A stretch of 64,000 nucleotides of DNA. It comes from Acidobacteriota bacterium (GTDB lineage Bacteria; Acidobacteriota; UBA6911; RPQK01; DATIPO01). The position numbers and the translations under genes were made by a program. Below, one piece after another: positions 47,581 through 58,124 of the stretch. The notes below the pieces were generated by a model. The model was not told the origin of the DNA and made no database searches. It saw only the letters and a program-made list of their open reading frames with translations. The stretch is taken from the NCBI GenBank assembly GCA_035471925.1, contig DATIPO010000203.1:15426-79425 (forward strand), written 5' to 3'. Position 1 is the first letter of the stretch; each line of letters starts with the position of its first letter.

Positions 47581-48525
47581 GTGAGCGAACTTCAAGAAGA
47601 CCGATTTCAGGACAGGATCGGGGCCGGAGAAAAAATCGAGCCCAAGGACTGGATGCCGGACCGCTACCGCAAGCAGTTGGTGCGCATGATCTCCCAGCAC
47701 GCTCATTCCGAGATCGTGGGGATGCTGCCGGAAGGCAACTGGATCACCCGGGCTCCCAGCCTCAAGCGCAAGAAGACGCTTTTGGCCAAAGTCCAGGACG
47801 AAGCCGGCCACGGGCTCTACCTCTACTGCGCCGCTGAAACTCTTGGCGTCGACCGCAAAGAACTGGTGGACCAGCTTCTCACCGGCCAGGCCAAGTACGC
47901 CAGCATCTTCAACTATCCCACTTTGACTTGGGCCGACATTGGAGTCATTGGCTGGCTGGTGGACGGTGCCGCAATCGTCAATCAGACCATGCTGGCCCGA
48001 TGCTCCTATGGACCCTATTCGCGGGCCATGATCCGCATTTGCAAGGAAGAGAACTTCCACAAGGTGCAGGGATTCGAAATCGTGGCCACCATGGCCAAAG
48101 GGACGCCCGAGCAGAAGAAGATGGTTCAAGATGCCGTCAACCGTTGGTGGTGGCCCACGCTGATGATGTTCGGCCCTCACGACTCTGAGTCCCCCAATTC
48201 GGCTGAGCTGATGAAGTGGAAGGTCAAGACCAAGAGCAACGACGAACTGCGCCAGCGCTTCGTCAATCTGACCGTGCGGCAGGCCAATGCCGTAGGGTTG
48301 ACCATTCCCGACGCTGAGCTGAAATACAATACCGAAACCGACAACTGGGACTTTGGCGAGATCGATTGGGACGAATTCTGGAACGTGGTCCGCGGCAGCG
48401 GTCCCTGCAACCGGGAGCGCTTGGAGACCCGCCGCAAAGCCCATCGGGATGGCGCCTGGGTGCGCGATGCGGCCCGAGCCTATGCCTCCAAACGCCGGGG
48501 CGAGGCTCTCAAACAGCCCGCCTGA
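47581..48525 (+). CDS. paaA: 1,2-phenylacetyl-CoA epoxidase subunit A
   Basis: Highly conserved PaaA N-terminus ([36 protein letters not shown]) and di-iron ligand region. Confidence 0.85.
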   Translation: MSELQEDRFQDRIGAGEKIEPKDWMPDRYRKQLVRMISQHAHSEIVGMLPEGNWITRAPSLKRKKTLLAKVQDEAGHGLYLYCAAETLGVDRKELVDQLLTGQAKYASIFNYPTLTWADIGVIGWLVDGAAIVNQTMLARCSYGPYSRAMIRICKEENFHKVQGFEIVATMAKGTPEQKKMVQDAVNRWWWPTLMMFGPHDSESPNSAELMKWKVKTKSNDELRQRFVNLTVRQANAVGLTIPDAELKYNTETDNWDFGEIDWDEFWNVVRGSGPCNRERLETRRKAHRDGAWVRDAARAYASKRRGEALKQPA

Positions 48526-48543
48526 ACAAGAAGGTAGCTCGTC

Positions 48544-48888
48544 ATGCCGGATGATTTCACGCCTCAGGACGACGACACCCAATGGCCGATTTGGGAGGTC
48601 TTCCTACAGCCCCGTTCTGGGGCCCCGCACGAGCACGCGGGAAGCCTCCATGCTCCAGACTTCGAATCGGCCCTTGAGAACGCCCGCGACGTCTACTTGC
48701 GCCATGGCGATCCCCAATCCGGCATCTGGGTGGTGGAATCGCGCCACATTCGTTCGGCCGAGTCGGAGAACAATCCGGAATTCTTCGAATACACCAAGTA
48801 CAACATCTACCGTCACCCGCAGTTCTACGACGTTCCGCGGGGAAAGAGGACTGAGATTGAGCGAAAAGCAGCCCGCAATCGAGATTGA
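48544..48888 (+). CDS. paaB: 1,2-phenylacetyl-CoA epoxidase subunit B
   Basis: WPIWEVFLQPRSG...HEHAGSLHAPD, the PaaB family. Confidence 0.8.
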   Translation: MPDDFTPQDDDTQWPIWEVFLQPRSGAPHEHAGSLHAPDFESALENARDVYLRHGDPQSGIWVVESRHIRSAESENNPEFFEYTKYNIYRHPQFYDVPRGKRTEIERKAARNRD

Positions 48889-49654
48889 GGGCGAGGCGCT
48901 GCGCAGCCATCTTTTTGAGTATTGCCTGCGCCTGGGGGACGACCGCCTGGTGCTGGGCCACCGCCTCTCCGAATGGTGCGGACACGCCGCCATCCTGGAA
49001 GAGGACATCGCCCTGGCCAACGTCGCCTTGGACTTCATTGGACAGGCCGAATACATCCTCGATCTGGCGGGAAGAATCGAAGGCGCCGGACGCGACGCCG
49101 ACCGCCTGGTCTATTTCCGAGAGGCCATCGACTACCGAAACCTCAAGCTGGTCGAGCTGCCCCGCGGCGATTTCGCCTTCACCATCGCCCGCCAGTTCCT
49201 CTTCGACGCCTATGACGTGGAGCTGATGGAGGCGCTGCTGGACTCGTCCTTCCAGCCGCTGGCCGAGGTGGCCGCCAAGGTGATCAAGGAGGCCCGCTAC
49301 CACCTCCGTCACTCGCGGCGCTGGGTGGTGCAGTTGGGCGACGGCACCGAGGAGAGTCATCAGCGCATGCAGAAGGCGCTGGACGAGGTCTGGATGTACA
49401 CCGGGGAGATCTTCCAGGCCGATGACATCGACCGTCGTCTGCATGAAGACGACATGGCCCCCGATTTGGAGGAATTGCGTCCCCGCTGGACGAAAGCCGT
49501 CCAGGACGCCGTCGAGGAAGCCACTTTGAAGCTGCCCGACCCCGATCAGTACATGGCAGAAGGCGGCCGTCAGGGACGGCACACCGAGCATCTGGGTCAT
49601 CTGCTCAGCGAAATGCAGATTCTCCCCCGTTCTTATCCCGATGCCACCTGGTAG
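48857..49654 (+). CDS. paaC: 1,2-phenylacetyl-CoA epoxidase subunit C
   Basis: PaaC-like ferritin-fold (RLGDDRLVLGHRLSEWCGHAAILEEDIALANVALD). Start uncertain: TTG 48857 or CTG 48851, overlapping the paaB 3' end. Confidence 0.7.
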   Translation: MSEKQPAIEIEGEALRSHLFEYCLRLGDDRLVLGHRLSEWCGHAAILEEDIALANVALDFIGQAEYILDLAGRIEGAGRDADRLVYFREAIDYRNLKLVELPRGDFAFTIARQFLFDAYDVELMEALLDSSFQPLAEVAAKVIKEARYHLRHSRRWVVQLGDGTEESHQRMQKALDEVWMYTGEIFQADDIDRRLHEDDMAPDLEELRPRWTKAVQDAVEEATLKLPDPDQYMAEGGRQGRHTEHLGHLLSEMQILPRSYPDATW

Positions 49655-49699
49655 GGGAAGCCCTGCTGCCAGGCTCCTGGCGGCGGTTAGGATCGCAAC

Positions 49700-50188
49700 A
49701 TGGATTACGAACAAACTGCGGCCGCCGGCAAAGAGGCCGTGATGGACATTTTGCAAGAGGTCAAGGACCCCGAGGTGCCTGTCCTCAGCGTTGTCGAGTT
49801 GGGCGTGGTGCGCGATGTGAAGCTCAAGGAAGGCCATGTGGAGGTCGTCATCACCCCCACTTATTCCGGGTGTCCCGCCATGCAGGCCATCCGCGAGGGG
49901 ATTATCAATGCCTTGCGCAGTCACGGATTCGACAAGGCTTCCACCCGAACCGTCCTCTCGCCGCCCTGGACGACCGACTGGATGAGCGAGGAGGCCAAGG
50001 GCAAGCTCAGGGAATACGGCATCGCCCCGCCCGGACACACCCGCGACCGAGAAGACCGGCCCGTGGCTTGTCCCTTTTGCGATTCTGAAGACACCGCGCT
50101 ACGCAGCGAATTCGGCTCGACGGCCTGCAAAGCGCTCTATTTCTGCAACGCCTGCCAGCAGCCCTTTGAACAGTTCAAGTGCATCTGA
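49700..50188 (+). CDS. paaD: phenylacetate-CoA oxygenase subunit PaaD (PaaJ in some nomenclatures)
   Basis: DUF59/SufT-like N-terminus (VPVLSVVELGVVRDV) plus C-terminal Cys cluster CPFCDS...CNAC. Confidence 0.8.
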   Translation: MDYEQTAAAGKEAVMDILQEVKDPEVPVLSVVELGVVRDVKLKEGHVEVVITPTYSGCPAMQAIREGIINALRSHGFDKASTRTVLSPPWTTDWMSEEAKGKLREYGIAPPGHTRDREDRPVACPFCDSEDTALRSEFGSTACKALYFCNACQQPFEQFKCI

Positions 50189-50213
50189 CCCGCCGCTTCG
50201 ATAAAGTGAACCC

Positions 50214-51002
50214 ATGAGCGAAACCATCCTCTACGGCTTGGATTTAGGCGTGGCCCGCATCACGCTCAACCGTCCCGAAAAGCTCAACAGCTTCAACCGT
50301 CCCATGGCCAAACGACTGCGGGAAGCCCTCGACGATGCGGCTCAGCGGGTCGAAGTGCGGAGCGTGCTGATCACCGGCTCGGGACGCGCCTTCTGCGCCG
50401 GCCAGGATCTTTCCGAAGCCGTTTCTGATGAAGGCGACGATCCCACCGACTTGGGCCAGATCGTGGAGGACAGCTACAACCCCGTCATCCGGGCCATCGT
50501 GGGGCTGGAGAAACCGGTTGTGTGCGCCGTCAACGGCGTGGCGGCCGGAGCCGGCGCCAATCTGGCCCTGGCCTGCGACCTCGTGCTGGCTTCCAAGAAG
50601 GCCAAGTTCATCCAGAGCTTCTGCAACATCGGACTGATTCCCGACAGCGGCGGCACCTACCACCTCCCCCGTCTGGTGGGGATGGCTCGGGCCAAGGCCA
50701 TGATGCTGCTGGGTGAACCCGTTGAAGCCGAGCAGGCCGAGCAGTGGGGCCTGATCTCTGCCACGGCGGAGCATCATGAACTGGAAGACAAGGCCCTGGA
50801 AGTAGCTCGCCACTTGGCCAAGCAGCCTACCCGCGGGCTGGGACTCATCAAGCGGGCCCTCAACCGCACCCTCGACCACACTCTGGACGAGCAGCTCGAG
50901 CTGGAAAAGCAACTCCAGTCGAAAGCCGGCTTCACCAAGGACTATCAGGAAGGCGTGCGGGCCTTCATGGAAAAGCGCAAGCCCGTCTTCAAGGGCGAAT
51001 GA
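50214..51002 (+). CDS. paaG: crotonase-fold 1,2-epoxyphenylacetyl-CoA isomerase / enoyl-CoA hydratase
   Basis: Aligns closely with E. coli PaaG over its whole length (LNRPEKLNSF...FCAGQDL...ICAVNGVAAGAGANLAL...GLIPDSGGT). Confidence 0.8.
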   Translation: MSETILYGLDLGVARITLNRPEKLNSFNRPMAKRLREALDDAAQRVEVRSVLITGSGRAFCAGQDLSEAVSDEGDDPTDLGQIVEDSYNPVIRAIVGLEKPVVCAVNGVAAGAGANLALACDLVLASKKAKFIQSFCNIGLIPDSGGTYHLPRLVGMARAKAMMLLGEPVEAEQAEQWGLISATAEHHELEDKALEVARHLAKQPTRGLGLIKRALNRTLDHTLDEQLELEKQLQSKAGFTKDYQEGVRAFMEKRKPVFKGE

Positions 51003-51021
51003 ACCAGCCAAGGAGCTTCTC

Positions 51022-52233
51022 GTGAACCAGAGCCCAGGACATTCTGAAACGACGCATGGCGAGTCCAAGGTCGTCGTGGGCGTGGTGGGCGCAGGGACCA
51101 TGGGCCGGGGCATCGCCCAAGTGGCGGCTACCGCGGGTCATCCCCTCCTGCTCTACGATTCCGACCCGGACGTCATAGCTGAAGCTCGTGCTTTCCTGAA
51201 CAAGATCCACGACCGCCTGGTGGAGAAAGGCCGGCTGTCGCGGGAGGAAGCCGACGCCATTCTTGCACGCATTCAGGACGCCGAGGAGATCGCCGACCTG
51301 GCTTCTTCATCCCTGATCGTCGAGGCCATCATCGAGAATCTGGACGTCAAGCGTGAGGTCTTCTCTCATCTGGAAGACATGGTTGAGGACGAGGTGCTGC
51401 TGGCTACCAACACTTCTTCCCTCTCGGTCACCTCGGTGGCTTCTTCCTGCCGGCGTCCTCAGCGGGTGCTGGGCGCCCACTTCTTCAATCCCGCTCCCTT
51501 GATGGCGTTGGTGGAGATCGTGCCCGGACTGGCCACCTCCGACAGCGCCCTGGAATGCTGCCGGGGATTGATCGATTCCTGGGGCAAGACCACTGTCCTG
51601 GCCAAGGACACGCCCGGATTCATTGTCAACCGGGTGGCCCGTCCCTTCTACGGCGAGGCGCTGCGCATCTTTGACGAGGGCATCGCTGACGCGGCCACAA
51701 TCGACTGGGCCATGCGCGAGTTCGGCGACTTCCGCATGGGGCCTTTCCAACTCATGGACCTGATCGGCAACGACGTCAACCTCAAGGTAACCGAGTCGGT
51801 CTTCGAGGCCTTCTACTATGACCCGCGCTTCAAGCCCTCCTTCACCCAGAAGCGCATGGTTGAGGCGGGACGACTGGGACGCAAGTCGGGCCGCGGGTAC
51901 TACGATTACTCCGACCAGGCCCAAGCGCCCCAGCCCAACAAGAATCCTGACTTGGGCCAGCGCATCTTCGACCGAATCCTGGCCATGCTCATCAACGAGG
52001 CCGCTGACGCCGTCTTCATGCAGGTGGCCAGCGCCGAGGACGTCGACTTGGCCATGACCAAGGGCGTGAACTATCCCCAAGGATTGCTGGAATGGGCCGA
52101 CGAGATCGGTCCTGAAGTGGTTTTGCGCCGCATTGAGGAGCTTCAGGCCGAGTACGGCGAAGACCGCTACCGCCCCAACCCTCTCCTGCGCCGCGTCGTC
52201 CGCCAGGGCCTCCGCTTCCGCCAGTCGTTCTAG
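51022..52233 (+). CDS. paaH: 3-hydroxyacyl-CoA dehydrogenase (3-hydroxyadipyl-CoA dehydrogenase type)
   Basis: GTG start; NAD-binding VGVVGAGTMGRGIA; 3HCDH N- and C-domains. Confidence 0.75.
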   Translation: MNQSPGHSETTHGESKVVVGVVGAGTMGRGIAQVAATAGHPLLLYDSDPDVIAEARAFLNKIHDRLVEKGRLSREEADAILARIQDAEEIADLASSSLIVEAIIENLDVKREVFSHLEDMVEDEVLLATNTSSLSVTSVASSCRRPQRVLGAHFFNPAPLMALVEIVPGLATSDSALECCRGLIDSWGKTTVLAKDTPGFIVNRVARPFYGEALRIFDEGIADAATIDWAMREFGDFRMGPFQLMDLIGNDVNLKVTESVFEAFYYDPRFKPSFTQKRMVEAGRLGRKSGRGYYDYSDQAQAPQPNKNPDLGQRIFDRILAMLINEAADAVFMQVASAEDVDLAMTKGVNYPQGLLEWADEIGPEVVLRRIEELQAEYGEDRYRPNPLLRRVVRQGLRFRQSF

Positions 52234-52712
52234 ATGGCATTTCTGACGGGTTGTCGTGGCGAGGGGCCGCAGGTGCCGTGATGACAAGGCGTCGCGAGCG
52301 AGGGCAACGCAGTCAGCGCGGATGGATGGGCACCGCAGCCGACCACCTGTGAGAAATGCAAGCTGGGCGTTTCAAGTGCATGCCCCCCGCACAGAGCCAT
52401 AAGATGAGGGCTTGGGGCGGAAGCATGGCAGTCGGAGACAAGTTCTGGCAAGCCATCTCAGCGGCCTTCCACGAGGCGGTATCCGGCCACTCCCTTCTTC
52501 GCTAAGGCTATCGAGGGCAGGCGGCGCTGGGGGCTTGCGTCGGCCTTCGATGTGGTGACATCTGGACTCATAGTGCCTCAAAGAAAGGCGTGCTCTTCAG
52601 GTTGCGAACCTTTTGTAGAATATCATGCCAATCGAGCCGTTATCCCCATGGTGATATGCATGTTGAGCGCCGTGGACTGTGTTGGCCGGGGACGGTGTCG
52701 AATGTCGAGTCC

Positions 52713-52795
52713 GGGCTCGCTGTAGGCGAGCCATAAGCTAGCCCAGGGTCAGCCGGGGCGAGCACAGCGAGGCGCGGCGCCACCCTGGGGTTGAG
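52713..52795. repeat. Intergenic structured repeat, copy B
   Basis: GGGCTCGCTGTAGGCGAGCCATAAGCTAGCCCAGGGT...CACCCTGGGG, homologous to 2704-2780 and 63326-63400. Sits in a 634-bp non-coding gap inside the paa cluster. Confidence 0.55.
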
Positions 52796-52868
52796 GCATT
52801 CTTGAGGGGAAGACGCTGAAAGCGTGAAATAAAAAAAGCGGACGTGGCAACTAAATCAGGAAGGAAAC

Positions 52869-54074
52869 ATGAAGGAAGCTTTCATCATCGATGCTGTGCG
52901 AACCCCGGTGGGCAAGATCGGCGGGACGCTTTCGCCGATCCGGGCCGACGACATGGCCGCCCTGGTCATCGAAGAGATCCTGCGGCGCAATGAGTCGCTG
53001 GACCCTGCGGCAGTCGAGGACGTGATCATGGGCTGCGCCAATCAAGCCGGCGAGGACAACCGCAATGTTGCCCGCATGGCGCTCCTTTTGGCGGGATTGC
53101 CGCAGAGCGTCCCGGGCGAAACCGTCAACCGCCTCTGCGCTTCGGGACTCAGCGCCGCCGCCAGCGCCGCGCGCGCCCTCCAAGTGGGCCAGGGCGACGT
53201 CTTCATCGCCGGAGGCGTCGAGCAAATGACCCGCGCCCCCTACGTGCTCTCCAAGCCGTCCTACGCCTTCGGACGCGACGCCCAGCTCTTCGACACCAGC
53301 CTGGGATGGCGCTTCGTCAATCCCAAGATGAAGCGTCTCTACGGCTGCGATGCCATGGGCGAGACGGCCGAGAACGTGGCCGAGGAATACTCCATTTCCC
53401 GCGAGGACCAGGACCGCTTCGCCCTGCGCTCCCAGCAAAAGGCCGCCAAGGCGCGGGGGGAGGGCCGCTTCCTCCGCGAGATCGTGCCCGTCGAGATTCC
53501 TCAGCGCAAGGCCGACCCCATCCTCTTCCAAGAGGACGAGTACATCCGTCCTGACACCTCGCTGGAGGCCCTCTCCAAGCTGCGCACGGTCTTCCGCGAA
53601 AACGGCTGCGTTACCGCGGGCAACGCCTCAGGACTCAACGACGGTGCCTGCGCCGTCCTGCTGGCCAGTCCCGAGGGCGCCCGCCGCTTCGGATTCCAGC
53701 CTCGGGCCCGTTTCATCACCTCCGCGGTGGTGGGCGTAGAGCCACGCCTGATGGGCATGGGACCGGTCGACGCCACCCGCAAAGTCCTCGACCGCGCCGG
53801 ACTGGCTCTCGACCAGATCGACGTCATCGAACTCAACGAGGCCTTCGCGGCCCAGTCCTTGGCCTGCCTGCGCCAACTGGGCGTCGATGACGACGATCCC
53901 CGCGTCAACCCCAACGGCGGCGCCATCGCGCTGGGTCATCCCTTGGGAATGTCGGGCGCCCGCCTCCTCACAACCGCCCTCAACGAGCTGGAGGCGCAAG
54001 ACAAGCGCTATGCCCTCTGCACTCTGTGCGTCGGCGTCGGCCAGGGAATGGCCGCCGTCATCGAACGCCTGTAG
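52869..54074 (+). CDS. paaJ: acetyl-CoA C-acyltransferase (3-oxoadipyl-CoA thiolase type)
   Basis: Thiolase active-site regions (NRLCASGL..., NPNGGAIALGHPLGMSGARL, CVGVGQGMA). Confidence 0.8.
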   Translation: MKEAFIIDAVRTPVGKIGGTLSPIRADDMAALVIEEILRRNESLDPAAVEDVIMGCANQAGEDNRNVARMALLLAGLPQSVPGETVNRLCASGLSAAASAARALQVGQGDVFIAGGVEQMTRAPYVLSKPSYAFGRDAQLFDTSLGWRFVNPKMKRLYGCDAMGETAENVAEEYSISREDQDRFALRSQQKAAKARGEGRFLREIVPVEIPQRKADPILFQEDEYIRPDTSLEALSKLRTVFRENGCVTAGNASGLNDGACAVLLASPEGARRFGFQPRARFITSAVVGVEPRLMGMGPVDATRKVLDRAGLALDQIDVIELNEAFAAQSLACLRQLGVDDDDPRVNPNGGAIALGHPLGMSGARLLTTALNELEAQDKRYALCTLCVGVGQGMAAVIERL

Positions 54075-54351
54075 GGGTTCCGCAACAGCCGCAGAGGGCA
54101 CAGTGGAGCCGAGAGCCCATCCGAGGGTGCACTGCAGGTCGTGGCGCAAGCGAGGTTTTCGACTGCCGGCTAACACCCGCAACTCTCACGGGTGGGCTTG
54201 CTTCGTTGCCGCATCCATCCGGCCTGACTGCGCTGCGCTCGGTCGGACTGCTCAAAGTACCCTGCAGTACCTCGCCGCGGGCCTCGGTCGCGACGCCTTG
54301 TCAGTATGGCGCCTGCGGTTTCTCGTGACGACAACCCGCGAGAAACGTGGA

Positions 54352-55536
54352 CTAGCTGCGGCGCAGGGTCTGCGACGGGGGCGGCCAGGGGACGCCGGAG
54401 TCGATTGAGCGATTGGCCTGGTAATCGTGCCCATTCTCGTCGCGGATCAGCCTTGGCAGGTAGACCTCGAAGGTTGTGCCTTGCCCTGGTTCGCTCTCCA
54501 GGGTGATGACGCCGCCCAGGCTGCGCACGATGCCGTGTACGACTGAGAGGCCCAATCCCGTCCCCTCGCCCACTTCGCTGGTGGTGAAGAAGGGATCGAA
54601 GACGTGCCTGGCCACTCCCGAGTCGATGCCATGTCCGCTGTCGCCGATGGTGAATTTGATGAAGGGACCCATGTACTCGTTGCGGTCTTCAGCCAGAAGT
54701 CCCAGGCAGTCGCCTTCGGCTTCGCTGAGGCTGACGTGAAGCTGGCCCCCTTCGGCGTTCATAGCCTTGACGGCGTTGCGCACCAACTGCTGGACCACTT
54801 CCTGCAATTCCGCCGGATCGGCCGAGACCCGCGCGTCCACATCGGGCAATTTCAGGTCGAGAGTAACGTTTTCTGGCAGTTCCTTGGTCAATGGCTGCAG
54901 GCATTGACGCAGTGAATCACGCAGGACCAGGGGACGCCTCTGGAGGCGGCTGCTTCCGCTGAAGACCAGCATCTGCTCCACCAAGTCATGGGCCCGCCCT
55001 CCGGCCTGCTGGACCTCGCGCAGGCGTTCGGCATTGCGGCTGTCCTGGGGAAGGTCGTCCAGCACCAGGGCCGAATAGCCCATCATGACCGAAAGCAGAT
55101 TGTTGAAGTCGTGGGCGATGCCTCCGGCCAGGATGCCCAGGCTTTCCAGCCGTGAACGGTGTTTGAGATTGGGTTGTCGCAGGTTGGAGAGGTCGCGCAG
55201 AAAGCAGCAGATGCGCCCCTCCTCGCTGCGGCTGTAAAAGAGGCTGAGTTCGGCTTGCAACGCCCTCTGTCCGGGACGGCTGAGGACGGTCTCGATGCGG
55301 GCGCTGCCGGCTTGCGAGGCGCGTTCCAGCTTGCGCCTGAGAGTGGATTGGTCGGCGGGAGGCACCAGATGGACAAGATCGCTGCTCAGCAGGTCCTCGC
55401 GGCGGTAGCCGCTCAAGCGGCAGGCGGAGGGGTTGGCCTCCAACACCCGCCCCTTGCGGTCGAGAAGCAAGAAACCCTCTTCGGCCTCTTGCAAGAGAGG
55501 TTCGACGGGCCCTTGGTTCAGACGAAAATCAGACAT
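54352..55536 (-). CDS. PAS-domain sensor histidine kinase (orphan, no adjacent response regulator)
   Basis: PAS (LLDRKGRVLEANPSACRLSGY), HisKA H-box (IAHDFNNLL), HATPase_c G-boxes (DSGHGID, GTGLGLS). Confidence 0.75.
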   Translation of the reverse strand: MSDFRLNQGPVEPLLQEAEEGFLLLDRKGRVLEANPSACRLSGYRREDLLSSDLVHLVPPADQSTLRRKLERASQAGSARIETVLSRPGQRALQAELSLFYSRSEEGRICCFLRDLSNLRQPNLKHRSRLESLGILAGGIAHDFNNLLSVMMGYSALVLDDLPQDSRNAERLREVQQAGGRAHDLVEQMLVFSGSSRLQRRPLVLRDSLRQCLQPLTKELPENVTLDLKLPDVDARVSADPAELQEVVQQLVRNAVKAMNAEGGQLHVSLSEAEGDCLGLLAEDRNEYMGPFIKFTIGDSGHGIDSGVARHVFDPFFTTSEVGEGTGLGLSVVHGIVRSLGGVITLESEPGQGTTFEVYLPRLIRDENGHDYQANRSIDSGVPWPPPSQTLRRS

Positions 55537-55657
55537 GCGTTTCTCTCCTTCGGCTTCAGGCTCGCAAACGGAAGCCCGGCTCAGTGTCGACTATCTTATC
55601 GGTGCGGGAGGGCAAAACTGTGTGCGCAGGATTACCAGGTTCCGTTGTTTTTCGGCA

Positions 55658-57970
55658 TTACTGCGACGGCTTTGCCTTGGAATCGGGGAGGGGCGCGGGC
55701 TTAGGCTCGGACTCTTCTTCTGGGCCGGAGTCCTTGCGCAGGCGCACTTCGATGGGGCTGAGGGAATCGAGGTGGACGTCCCGCTGAGGAAAGGCGATGG
55801 TGATGCCGGCCTCGCGAAAGAGGTGATCGATGCGGTGCCGCAGGTCGCTCTGAACCGTCTTGGAGTCCATCAGCCGCCGCATGCGCAGCCAGAAATGGAC
55901 TTCGAAGATCAGGGCGTTGTCGCCGAAATCGGAGAAGAGAAGGATGGGATGGGGCGTCTTGAGCACCTTGCCGTGCTCGCTGACCGCCCGTTCCATCAGG
56001 CGGACTACATCCCGGGTGGGCGAGCCGTAGGCGACTCCCACTGTGACCTTGGCGCGGTAGCGGTCGTCGGAGAGCGTCCAGTTGACAACGTTTTGCTCCA
56101 GGAAGGAGCTGTTGGGGACAACGATGTCGACGTTTTCCGCGCTCAGCACCTGGGTGCTGCGCAGTCCGATGCGTTTGATGGTGCCGTAAAGGTCGTCGAT
56201 TTGAACCAGATCGCCCACCCGGATGGGACGCTCGGTCAGCAGGATGATTCCGCTGATGAAGTTGCGCACCACGTTCTGAGATCCGAAACCGATTCCGATG
56301 GCCAGGGCGCCTCCGGCCACTGTAAAGGCGGTCAAGGGAACGTTGACGGCGTAGAGGGCGATGAGGGCGAAGATGACGACCAGGGTGTAGTAGAAGAGCG
56401 CCTGAGCGGCTGCTGCCGAGCCTTCGTCCAGACCCATGCGGGGAAAGAGCCTCTTTCCCAAGCCTTGGCTGATGCGCCGGGAGATCCATAGCCCGAAGAT
56501 GAGGAGCAGCAGCACCCAGATGATCTTGGCCACCGTGATGGGCTGGTCGTCGACCGAGGTCAGCTCGCTATACCAGATGGCTAAGAAGCTGTCCCACCAG
56601 CGGCTGAGGCGTTGCCCCAAGTCTTCGCCGCCCAGAGTCAGGCTGATTTCCTCCTGCAGTCCGTTGACCAGGCGCAGGCTGTCGTCGATGCGCAGGATGG
56701 CGATTTCATAGGCGTCCGCCAGCGATTGGACGGTGGCGATTTGCCCCTCCAATATTTGGGCCTCGGGACTGCCGTCCTGGGCGGCTTCGAGCTGCTGCTG
56801 AAGGGTGAGGATGCGCTGGCGGGCCTCGTCGCCCTGCAATCGGTCTAACTGGCGGTCGATCTCCAACTGCCGGCGGGCCTGCTGGGCCTCCAGGCTCCAG
56901 TCCTCCAGGTTGTTGTCGGCTTCCTGGTGGAAAACGCTGAAGCGCTGGGACCAGATGCGCTCTTGCAGGCCGAGCTGCGTCTGGTATTCGTTTTCCAGCT
57001 TGAGGCGGGTCTGGAGTGCTTCCAAGCGGCTCCGCAAGGCGGAGTGCCGGCGGTCTTCGAGGGGGTCTCCCGGAGCTTGTCCTTCCGTCCCCTGGCTGAC
57101 TTGGCCGCGGATCTCCTGCAATTGTTCGCGCAACTCTCTTTGCCGCTCGGCCGAGCTTTCCTGGTGGTCGCGGATTTGGGCCAGCTCACGCGCCAAGACG
57201 TCCCTGGGGAACTCGGCCTCGCGGCTCAACCAGGCCACCTGTTCGCGCAGGAAGTCGCTGCGCAGCGAGTAGATTTCGTCGGAAAGCCGGCGGGCCTCCA
57301 GCTCGGCTCTCCGCAGGTTGAGCCTTTCCAGGGCCACCCAGCTCTCTAACTCGGCGGTGCGGAGTTGGGCCGAAAGCCGCGGCAGGCGCGAAGAGTCGGT
57401 GTTGCCCTCCAGATTCTCCTTGATGCGGCGGCGGTCGGCTTCCCGTTCCTGGCGCTGGCGGTTGGCCGAAGCCACCGCGGCCTGCAAGGCCTGGCGGGCC
57501 GACTGCAGCATTTCGCCCTGGCGAAGATGAGCCCGCAATTCGCTGCGCACGGCCGACAGGCGCAAGAAACTGTAGGGAGGCTGGTCGCGGGGACCGCTGT
57601 CGCGCATCGACTGCAGATCCTGATCGAGTTGCCGCCCTTCCTCCCGCAGGTCGGCCACGATGTTCTGCTGGGTCTGGAGCTGATCGAGAAGCGATTCGAT
57701 TTGCTCTAGCAGAGCGAGGTGGCGCTCAGCGCTGGAGTCAGCCTGGGCTTCGGCGGAGGCCAGCCGGCTGCGGGCTCGGCTCATTTCATCATCGAGGCGC
57801 TGCATGCGTTCCTGCAGGGAGGGTCCCTGCTCAGCCTCGCCCGACGCCTGGTCCGGGTCCTGGCTCAGAAACTCGAGGGGGTTGCGGGTCTGAGCGCTCA
57901 CCTGGCAGCAAAGGGCGGCCCAGCCGAGCCACAGCACGGCCAAAACGAGGATGCGGCAGCTCTGTCTCAT
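55658..57970 (-). CDS. MscK/KefA-like mechanosensitive channel (large periplasmic coiled-coil domain plus MscS core)
   Basis: Signal peptide, ~480-aa coiled-coil region, then the MscS signature (GFGSQNVVRNFISGIILLTERPIRVGDLVQIDDLYGTIKRIGLRST). Confidence 0.75.
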   Translation of the reverse strand: MRQSCRILVLAVLWLGWAALCCQVSAQTRNPLEFLSQDPDQASGEAEQGPSLQERMQRLDDEMSRARSRLASAEAQADSSAERHLALLEQIESLLDQLQTQQNIVADLREEGRQLDQDLQSMRDSGPRDQPPYSFLRLSAVRSELRAHLRQGEMLQSARQALQAAVASANRQRQEREADRRRIKENLEGNTDSSRLPRLSAQLRTAELESWVALERLNLRRAELEARRLSDEIYSLRSDFLREQVAWLSREAEFPRDVLARELAQIRDHQESSAERQRELREQLQEIRGQVSQGTEGQAPGDPLEDRRHSALRSRLEALQTRLKLENEYQTQLGLQERIWSQRFSVFHQEADNNLEDWSLEAQQARRQLEIDRQLDRLQGDEARQRILTLQQQLEAAQDGSPEAQILEGQIATVQSLADAYEIAILRIDDSLRLVNGLQEEISLTLGGEDLGQRLSRWWDSFLAIWYSELTSVDDQPITVAKIIWVLLLLIFGLWISRRISQGLGKRLFPRMGLDEGSAAAAQALFYYTLVVIFALIALYAVNVPLTAFTVAGGALAIGIGFGSQNVVRNFISGIILLTERPIRVGDLVQIDDLYGTIKRIGLRSTQVLSAENVDIVVPNSSFLEQNVVNWTLSDDRYRAKVTVGVAYGSPTRDVVRLMERAVSEHGKVLKTPHPILLFSDFGDNALIFEVHFWLRMRRLMDSKTVQSDLRHRIDHLFREAGITIAFPQRDVHLDSLSPIEVRLRKDSGPEEESEPKPAPLPDSKAKPSQ

Positions 57971-58124
57971 GCTTTTTTCCTCTGCTGGGCCGACATGGCC
58001 CTTATGTTAGCAGGAAGGCGTCAGGGGACGCTGTTTTCAGAAAATGAGCCGTGGGTGTGAGGGGAACCGCCAAGCAGCAACGTTGATTGAGGTTGAACAA
58101 GTACCTCCCACTTGGATGCAGTCG

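Noticed and set aside
48557-50038. 493-aa ORF on the minus strand
   Set aside because: Antisense to paaB/C/D, whose plus-strand genes have strong homology to known Paa proteins.
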